A stretch of 64,000 nucleotides of DNA from Planctomycetota bacterium. GTDB taxonomy: Bacteria; Planctomycetota; Phycisphaerae; SM23-33. The position numbers and the translations under genes are program-made. Within the stretch, counting starts at the first letter, position 1. Each line of letters begins with the position of its first letter. Below are positions 57,173 through 64,000 of this stretch, piece by piece. Under the pieces are notes generated by a model. The model ran no database searches and was not told the DNA's origin. It saw nothing but the letters and a program-made list of their open reading frames with translations. The stretch is taken from positions 13,041-77,040 of the forward strand of contig JAJRYB010000044.1 of NCBI GenBank assembly GCA_024275995.1, written 5' to 3'.

Positions 57173-58942
57173 TTTCATATACTCCTTCACCTTCGGATTG
57201 CGATCCACATAATCATCAAGCAATATTTTTAATTGCTTATAGTCATCTTCAGTGTAGACATGACCGTCACCATTAAAACGCAGCAAGTTAAAGATCATGT
57301 GAGGTCCCAACTCTACTCCCTCCTTGATATATCTGAAGAAATTCTGGTAGTACACATGCTCATCTAACACCGGAACCATGCCTGGGCACAATGCCTTGAT
57401 ATATCGAGCGCGTTCTAAGTGTATTGTTGGGTCAAAGGTTGACACGTCGTATGTACGTATGACATCCTGCGTATCCTGGAAGAAGGGATGGGGAGACACT
57501 CCGATGATAAGAGCATCATGTTTGGCAACTTTGGCCGCATCATAGACCAACTTCTGAGTGTTGTAAATCGTCTTTTCCTTACCAACCCAATCACGATTTG
57601 AAAAAGCGTAATCGTGAGGCAAAAGGAAAGGCCAGTCGAATTTAATCCCATCCAAATTGTAACACTCGGGCTTGTCAGAAAGAAGGCGCCCCATCAGTTC
57701 GCTAAGATATGGCCCAGCTATTTCTGGGTCTGAATAATCCAGATTTATAATATCACCAGACTCGGAATACACATTACGATCATAGTGATGTATCAGGAAC
57801 CATTCCGGATGCGTTTGAAAAACCTCACTGTCCTTTTCAAACTGGTAAAGGCTTGCCCAGGCCATAATTTTGTATCCTCTGGCGTGGAGATCATCGACCA
57901 TACCTCGTAAATCAGGGAATTTATTGGTATCAACGCGCATATCTCCCTGCTTTGTATACCACCGATCGTCCAAAATCAAAGTTCTGATAGGAAGCTGGTG
58001 TTCTTCAATTACACCAACGACCTTGTTTACCATTTCGGCGGTAATGTTATGTACTGCTCGTCCTCTCTCTTCCTGAGTGTAAGCTGTACCTATGGGATCA
58101 CTATCAAGACAGACATGCTGATCTCCCCAACTGCACCACATCGGACCTAGCCACCAAGGCTCAATGTCTGCATCTGTTTTGGCTTTTGTTCGGCCTTCCC
58201 TGACAAGGATATCCGTATACTGTGCCAATGTCCCATATACGTCCTTGTTGGCTGAAAGCATTATCATAAAATGAGGGGATTCGAGCTCTTCACCTTCGTC
58301 TAGCCAATATAGGTTTTCACCAATACGAATGTGAAAGTCGTTTATTATAGTCGAGCCTTTATCCATCTTGACATGTAGACTCTCGGCAGCAACCAACTCC
58401 ATGGGCGCAATCAGGAGCTGATTTTGAAGGTGCTTAAAAATAAATAGCATCGGGTGAGGCGCAAACATCAAATCAGAATCTTCCGTATTGGCATCCAACC
58501 CGATAGTGCCGAGTTTACGCCTGCCAAGAATTGTCTGCCGGACCTCGTATGCACTTGGCGAGTTTATATGAGATCTGAAATCAATGCACTCGATAGCCTT
58601 TATTTCCGAACCTCTATTTAGAAGATACCATTTATGCAGCGGCATTCTACGTTTTACGGTTGCCTCAAAGTAGAATTCGATATGATCAGGTCTGCACTCC
58701 AAAACAACCCGTGGGCAATCATAGAGACAATTGGAAGGTAGATGGTAAGTAACGATTTCTATTCCCTCTTTGGTCTCAACTTCGACCTCAGGTGTTCCCC
58801 AGGTCGTCGCACGGTTTGTGACAGGCAAAAAGGGGATACCACTACTTTTCAGAAACATCAACTCACCATCTACCGTGTAAATCTGAAAATCTGCGTTGTC
58901 TTCAATTATAAGTTGATAGTTAGGGTTCTGGATGTTCACCAT
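57122..58942 (-). CDS. TIM-barrel glycoside hydrolase, GH36/GH31-like, cytoplasmic
   Basis: WCSWGD, LILDDRWY, FPDLRGMVD.LH..G, DGIKFDW (nucleophile), IRTYD; no signal peptide. Confidence 0.72.
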   Translation of the reverse strand: MVNIQNPNYQLIIEDNADFQIYTVDGELMFLKSSGIPFLPVTNRATTWGTPEVEVETKEGIEIVTYHLPSNCLYDCPRVVLECRPDHIEFYFEATVKRRMPLHKWYLLNRGSEIKAIECIDFRSHINSPSAYEVRQTILGRRKLGTIGLDANTEDSDLMFAPHPMLFIFKHLQNQLLIAPMELVAAESLHVKMDKGSTIINDFHIRIGENLYWLDEGEELESPHFMIMLSANKDVYGTLAQYTDILVREGRTKAKTDADIEPWWLGPMWCSWGDQHVCLDSDPIGTAYTQEERGRAVHNITAEMVNKVVGVIEEHQLPIRTLILDDRWYTKQGDMRVDTNKFPDLRGMVDDLHARGYKIMAWASLYQFEKDSEVFQTHPEWFLIHHYDRNVYSESGDIINLDYSDPEIAGPYLSELMGRLLSDKPECYNLDGIKFDWPFLLPHDYAFSNRDWVGKEKTIYNTQKLVYDAAKVAKHDALIIGVSPHPFFQDTQDVIRTYDVSTFDPTIHLERARYIKALCPGMVPVLDEHVYYQNFFRYIKEGVELGPHMIFNLLRFNGDGHVYTEDDYKQLKILLDDYVDRNPKVKEYMKGSRNQCRGVERTAETC

Positions 58943-59067
58943 TCTTTGGTTCCTTCTACAATATCTCGATTATCTGGATCCTGTGCAAGCACTGGTCACC
59001 ATCCATGCTTATTGACACAGTTTCATACCAACAGGGATGATCCCGATAACTCAATGCCTCTATTCAA

Positions 59068-60957
59068 CTAATGACCGGACACTACTGATTCTCGAAGCTT
59101 TATGTATCTCGGATTAATATCGAGGGAGATCGTGACCTTGCCGTCGACGCCGACGCGCAGTTTGCGGACATTTCGCCCAAACATGTCGAAGGTTTCGACT
59201 CCAAAATCTACCGGATTGAGCTTCAGAGCCTTGAGGTTGAATACGAATTCCATCGGTTTGATGTCCCGTGCATGACCGAGCTGGTAACTTTTCTTTTCCT
59301 TCGGGTCTAAGTACGCGATCAGAAGCCGACCCTCTGGCGTAGGCATTTGCCAAACACGGACAAGCTGTTCCCTTTTGTCCGGCACAAGCCCTCGGACAGA
59401 ATCAATGCGTTTCAACTGCTTCCAGCCGTGCTTCATCCGATAGGCGAGTTCCGCCACCGCCAGGTAGTCCAAGGTAGGACGACCATTCGCCCAGACGAAG
59501 CTATACTTGCCCGCTCTGAGACGATAGAGAAAAATGTTACTGGCCTTCAGTTCGATATTCTGCAGGATCCCGCGGACATATATTGCGGCCGCCCTTTGCT
59601 CACTGCACTGGCGCCACTTGCCGTTGATGAGCTTCTGCGGGGCCTTCGGGTTGATGATGCCCTGTTTCTCATAGTATGCCTGCACTTCGGCTTGGGTCAT
59701 AATATGCGGGCTGCCATCCCATTTGATCTTGCCAGTGCCGGCTTCAGTATTCCACATTGGCAGCCCGTGGGCGCCGCGCTTCTCGGCCAGTTTCCACATT
59801 GGCAGAAACTGCCCAGCCATGTTATTGCCTGGTCCGATCTGAAGCATCTCGGCATACGTGTGCGAGCTCAGGGCGTCAATCATTTGCAACGTACTTTTGC
59901 CATTTCGGGCGACGCCGTCCATCAGATACTTCATTCTTTCGTAGTGCTGTCCCGAGGACATTGACAGGCCGATAATTTTTGCGTGCGGTGCTTTGGCCCT
60001 TGTGATCTCGTAAATGTCCTGCACAAGATTAGCGTAGTCTCTGCCCATCTGCTTAGGCTTGGACCAGTCGTACGTCCATGTCTCTACGTTGGTTTCGTTC
60101 CAAACCTCAATCGCATCGATAGTTCCTGGGTATACCGTGCCATTGGGCCCGTAGCGGTCCCAGAAGGCATTGAGAAATCGCCGGAAGGCTAGGCGGTTCT
60201 TATTATTGACCATATTAGCCAGACTATTCTTATCATGGCTAATGGGCTTGCGGTCCTCCTTTGGCAATGACCAGACGGGCGGGCCTTGCACCACCCAAAG
60301 CACCTTTCCGCCCAGATCGTGCACTTGTTGCACTACCTTATCCATTTTTGACCATTTGTATTTCCCGGGTTCGGTTTCTATCCTGCTCCAATGCCTGAAG
60401 ACACGATATCGTTTGAAGCCATCGGGCATCACGCCGTAGCCCAACTCATCGGGATGAACATGGAAGCAGATCGGCCAGTCATCCGGTAACTCGTCAGGCC
60501 AAGGCGCCCGGCTGTAACCGAAGTCGAACTTCACCGACGAAACACTCACGCCTTTGATGGGTGAAACGGTGAATCTATATACACCGGGTTGCGGGGGCGT
60601 GACAGTGATCGTCTCCTTATAGTTTGTGATCCCAGCAGGCAACTCTGTTGTCCGCAACTCAGTTACCCAGTCCTCGGACAGATAGTCCCAGAGCTTCTGA
60701 GTCCATTGAATGGTCCGCCTCTGCTTCGAAGGATTCTCCCAACTCAGCGTAAATTTCAGCGGGTGCTTGGGTGTATAGGTTGGCACGCCGCGAATGCCTG
60801 CGTGGGTAAGATTGATTTCCGGCTTCGCTGCCATAGCACCATCGGAATTCAAAGAGGCTATCAGCAGAAAAACAAGCATTGCTATGATGGATGGCATTCC
60901 GTGAGAAAAGCCTGCGAAGTCAATCATCGTTTTCACCTTTCTAAATATCGCCACCAT
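59068..60957 (-). CDS. Exported clan-A glycoside hydrolase, GH39-like
   Basis: Hydrophobic N-terminus (alternative start 60927); WSRIETEPGKYKW..MD, IEVWNETN, SSHTY, MWNTEAG. Confidence 0.75.
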   Translation of the reverse strand: MVAIFRKVKTMIDFAGFSHGMPSIIAMLVFLLIASLNSDGAMAAKPEINLTHAGIRGVPTYTPKHPLKFTLSWENPSKQRRTIQWTQKLWDYLSEDWVTELRTTELPAGITNYKETITVTPPQPGVYRFTVSPIKGVSVSSVKFDFGYSRAPWPDELPDDWPICFHVHPDELGYGVMPDGFKRYRVFRHWSRIETEPGKYKWSKMDKVVQQVHDLGGKVLWVVQGPPVWSLPKEDRKPISHDKNSLANMVNNKNRLAFRRFLNAFWDRYGPNGTVYPGTIDAIEVWNETNVETWTYDWSKPKQMGRDYANLVQDIYEITRAKAPHAKIIGLSMSSGQHYERMKYLMDGVARNGKSTLQMIDALSSHTYAEMLQIGPGNNMAGQFLPMWKLAEKRGAHGLPMWNTEAGTGKIKWDGSPHIMTQAEVQAYYEKQGIINPKAPQKLINGKWRQCSEQRAAAIYVRGILQNIELKASNIFLYRLRAGKYSFVWANGRPTLDYLAVAELAYRMKHGWKQLKRIDSVRGLVPDKREQLVRVWQMPTPEGRLLIAYLDPKEKKSYQLGHARDIKPMEFVFNLKALKLNPVDFGVETFDMFGRNVRKLRVGVDGKVTISLDINPRYIKLRESVVSGH

Positions 60958-61145
60958 ATTTTACGACGGCCTCTAATTGTGCCGGCTGATGAGCCGCTAT
61001 CTTTAGTCAATATCACATAGGAGTCTTACCCATATGGTACTTCGTAGTGTTTCTCGACAGATAAAACAATCACAACATTCTTATCTGGTCTTAGTAATCG
61101 CATAATCTTTGAGACTCCCGAATGTTCAATAACGGCTCAACGCAA

Positions 61146-63998
61146 TCAGACAGAGTTTGTCCGCGATGGCCTGGCCACTTCTCTATTATCAAGTTCCAAT
61201 AACACTATTTCCAGTTGGTTGACCCGTTTAACGCACTGCTTTAGCAGTACTTCCTGCTTCACTAGAACTGCTGTTATGTTATCTGTCTGCGGCACGAAGT
61301 CTATCTCCTCACCGTTCATTGTAATATGGCCGATGCGATAATACTCCCAGTCTAATTGCTTCTGGTTTACGTAGGTGACTTCTATCCGCTTTCCGAGAAA
61401 TGTGAAGCTGACACCGACTAGCCCCTCACGGTCGAACTGCTGCTTGAGCAATTTGGGCTGAATATAAAGATCACCCTTCTTCCCTCGCAAACCGGACATC
61501 TGTGTCAATGCAGCAAGCACAAACCATGTTGCCGCTCCGGTCAGATAGCTGTATCCCCCACGCCCGGATTTATCGAAAAACGAGGGGACACAAGGCATAA
61601 TTTTTGAAGTGCCCGAATCCATGATTAGTTTAAGCACATCATTGAAGACATCAAATCCTTCACGAACAAAACCACGTTTATATAGTCCATACATGAACAT
61701 CGCATTCTGTTGGTTCCATATTGCCCCATGTTCTTTATAACCGTACACGAATCCAGTAACCCTGCCGAAATCCAGTTTGATCTCCTTAAAGTCCGAGCAA
61801 AGTCGTAGTCCTCCCGTCTCGGGATTGCGAAGGTAATGAATAACGGATTCGTAGAGGCTCTGAACGTGTTTCTCCGTAGCTGTTCCGAACATGGTCGGTA
61901 ATACCTGTGAAGTTAAATCAATGCGAACACCATTAGGATGATCACCGTGAACCCGTTGCGACTTATTGTCATAATGTCCGTTGAAAAACTCTTTGTTATC
62001 TTCAGTTTTCAACCATTCATTCCGACGTAGGTGTTCAAATAGAAAATCCGCTTTGGCCCATAAATCTGCAGCAATCTCACTGATTGTGACCTTTGACCGT
62101 TTCCCGGAGACTTCATGATAAACACTTTGCATATATTTGTCCAGATGTTGCTTCTTAGTCTTAGGACACTTGTAGTCAATATCTTGCTGACCTGGAACAC
62201 GATCCAGCAGCACCAGCATTTCATCCAGAAGCTCAATTTCCTTTACACCTTTCTGTTCATCAAGCCATTTCAATAAGGCCCCAAGTTCTCGCAGATTCCA
62301 TGCATACCAATGCGTAAAACATACAGATTCTCCCTCTTGTCGTGCATTATCGTAGGTATCGTTCCAGTCGCCGCCTTCCAGAAGAATATTGTTGTGTTTG
62401 CCAACATTGTAGAACGATGACAATACTTGAACAAGAATATGCTCCAACACTGTTCCCCTGTAGACCTGGCCGGAACGTGTCTGTTGTTCGTTCCCGCTTT
62501 TGTCATTCCACTCCTTGTCGTTAGACTGGCACCGCATGGACAGATGGTCCTTCCAATATGGTAGTTCTTGGAACAAAATCTCAACATCTCCTGATTGCTC
62601 AATATAAAATTTCAATACAAAGAACGGCCATGCTGCATGGTCACTCCATACTCGGACAATATTGTTGCGATCCGCTTTGAACTCACCTGGGTTTGCCCCA
62701 ATAATTGTTGCATTGGTTCCATCGACACGGCATCCGCAAACAATGTTCAACATTTCCTTTCTCGTTCCGGACGGGTCAATAAGAAACAGTGAAAGCAGGT
62801 CTGACCACAAATCCCTCCACCCACGCCCCCCTCGACCATATCCAAAATCAGCTAAATAAGAATTACCGTACACTTTTCGGTAGACAAGCTGGGCGTTCAT
62901 CCATCGCATAATGTTATTAAAATCTGAATCGGCTGTTCTAAACTCGACACCACTGGTGAGTTCTTGCCAGCGGGCAACTGTGTTTCCCAAAGCGATATCT
63001 GTCTTTACTACAGTCCCGAAACGTTCTTCCCAGAGTTTCATATTGTCAAGGTCTTCTGTGATGCCGTGCAGGATTACATATGCAGCAGTTCGGCCTGGTG
63101 CAAGCGTAATTGTAGAAAAACGCATTGCGCCTATTGCCTCCAAACCGCTCAGATCATTGGTACAACGCTTTGGAGCAGAAAGATGTTTAAACACCGCTTC
63201 GGGATTTTCAAGAGTACCTCCTTCCCCAACAAAATCGCGCAAATTGCCCCATATTTCCATTGGAGCCATTCCGTGTTCTTCAAACCCAAGTACTGCATAT
63301 TGGGTGGCATTCTCCGTGTGCCCATTTTCATCATGCTGGATTCGGGGTTTGACTACCACTCCATGCTCACATATCCTTACTATATTGAACATAGTGGTCA
63401 CGTGACGATGGTCTCGTAAATGATCGCAAGACCGACCAAAGATAGGAGTGGCTGCTGTAGGAGAAAAACGCATATCACAACTACCTATATTGGTAATCTT
63501 CACTTTCATAACTTCTACCTGTTCTCCACTGGAGGGTACAAACACTGTTATGCCGGCTTTAAGTTGCAAATCGGAATTAATAGTTTCCAAGTGGAACCAA
63601 CCTGGCCCTGCTTGTACAGCAGCTTGTTCACAACTATTCCAGTGCTCGGCTCTTGCAAAAGCGCTAACGCCAGTTATAGACCAAGGCTTGTGGCCTTCCA
63701 CATATACCCAAACATTTCGACTGGCGTTGGAGCGATGTAGATCTTCTTTTACGACAGGGATAGTCAAGTAGTGATTAAAGTCGGAACATATATCCCCTTT
63801 CAACTCTGGCGTGACAAAACTTTTCATACTTTCCTCGTTACATAGGGGAAAATAGAGTCCTGAAATGTCTCGTGGATCAGGCATGCAAAAGGAGCCATCA
63901 CTTTTGTCTGTGAATTTCCATAATGGCCCAGTCTTGTTCCGAGCGGCTCGCCCCCCATATTCCCCATTAACTTTATTCAAATCTTCTCGTATATCCAT
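61146..63998 (-). CDS. GH94 glycoside phosphorylase
   Basis: GRGWRDLWSD, SDHAAW, EGGDWND (catalytic Asp), EHGAIWNQ..MF, YLTGAATW. The ATG lies 2 nt from the window edge, so the N-terminus could extend. Confidence 0.88.
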   Translation of the reverse strand: MDIREDLNKVNGEYGGRAARNKTGPLWKFTDKSDGSFCMPDPRDISGLYFPLCNEESMKSFVTPELKGDICSDFNHYLTIPVVKEDLHRSNASRNVWVYVEGHKPWSITGVSAFARAEHWNSCEQAAVQAGPGWFHLETINSDLQLKAGITVFVPSSGEQVEVMKVKITNIGSCDMRFSPTAATPIFGRSCDHLRDHRHVTTMFNIVRICEHGVVVKPRIQHDENGHTENATQYAVLGFEEHGMAPMEIWGNLRDFVGEGGTLENPEAVFKHLSAPKRCTNDLSGLEAIGAMRFSTITLAPGRTAAYVILHGITEDLDNMKLWEERFGTVVKTDIALGNTVARWQELTSGVEFRTADSDFNNIMRWMNAQLVYRKVYGNSYLADFGYGRGGRGWRDLWSDLLSLFLIDPSGTRKEMLNIVCGCRVDGTNATIIGANPGEFKADRNNIVRVWSDHAAWPFFVLKFYIEQSGDVEILFQELPYWKDHLSMRCQSNDKEWNDKSGNEQQTRSGQVYRGTVLEHILVQVLSSFYNVGKHNNILLEGGDWNDTYDNARQEGESVCFTHWYAWNLRELGALLKWLDEQKGVKEIELLDEMLVLLDRVPGQQDIDYKCPKTKKQHLDKYMQSVYHEVSGKRSKVTISEIAADLWAKADFLFEHLRRNEWLKTEDNKEFFNGHYDNKSQRVHGDHPNGVRIDLTSQVLPTMFGTATEKHVQSLYESVIHYLRNPETGGLRLCSDFKEIKLDFGRVTGFVYGYKEHGAIWNQQNAMFMYGLYKRGFVREGFDVFNDVLKLIMDSGTSKIMPCVPSFFDKSGRGGYSYLTGAATWFVLAALTQMSGLRGKKGDLYIQPKLLKQQFDREGLVGVSFTFLGKRIEVTYVNQKQLDWEYYRIGHITMNGEEIDFVPQTDNITAVLVKQEVLLKQCVKRVNQLEIVLLELDNREVARPSRTNSV

Positions 63999-64000
63999 GA

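Overview
About 53 kb of GC-rich housekeeping DNA (spot counts ~58-63% GC), probably from a Planctomycetota/Phycisphaerae-like bacterium (inferred from protein style and fragmented operons), followed from ~53,050 by an AT-richer mosaic block. The core carries: a ROK kinase-PPi-PFK-SIS sugar operon; trpE with an in-frame stop; an orphan ParA beside a 62%-lysine H1-like protein; a V/A-type ATPase operon (E, DUF2764, A, B, D, I, K) with a Na+-type K-ring signature; an AddAB-like pair; a kinase-like polytopic membrane protein; pgpA/pgsA/rimO/dus; carB; a GH3; a CBS-GGDEF protein; pckG; and an HTH-EIIA / EIIA-PII-like / cation:proton antiporter trio. The terminal block encodes four carbohydrate-active proteins (beta-helix+CBM+clan-A GH fusion, GH36/31-like, GH39-like, GH94), an IS5 remnant and a frameshifted fragment. 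The most notable unexplained signal is a family of 7-bp tandem repeats found both between genes and in-frame inside RimO and CarB. I saw no rRNA, tRNA, CRISPR array or integrase. All calls are from motif recognition by eye; no database searches were run.
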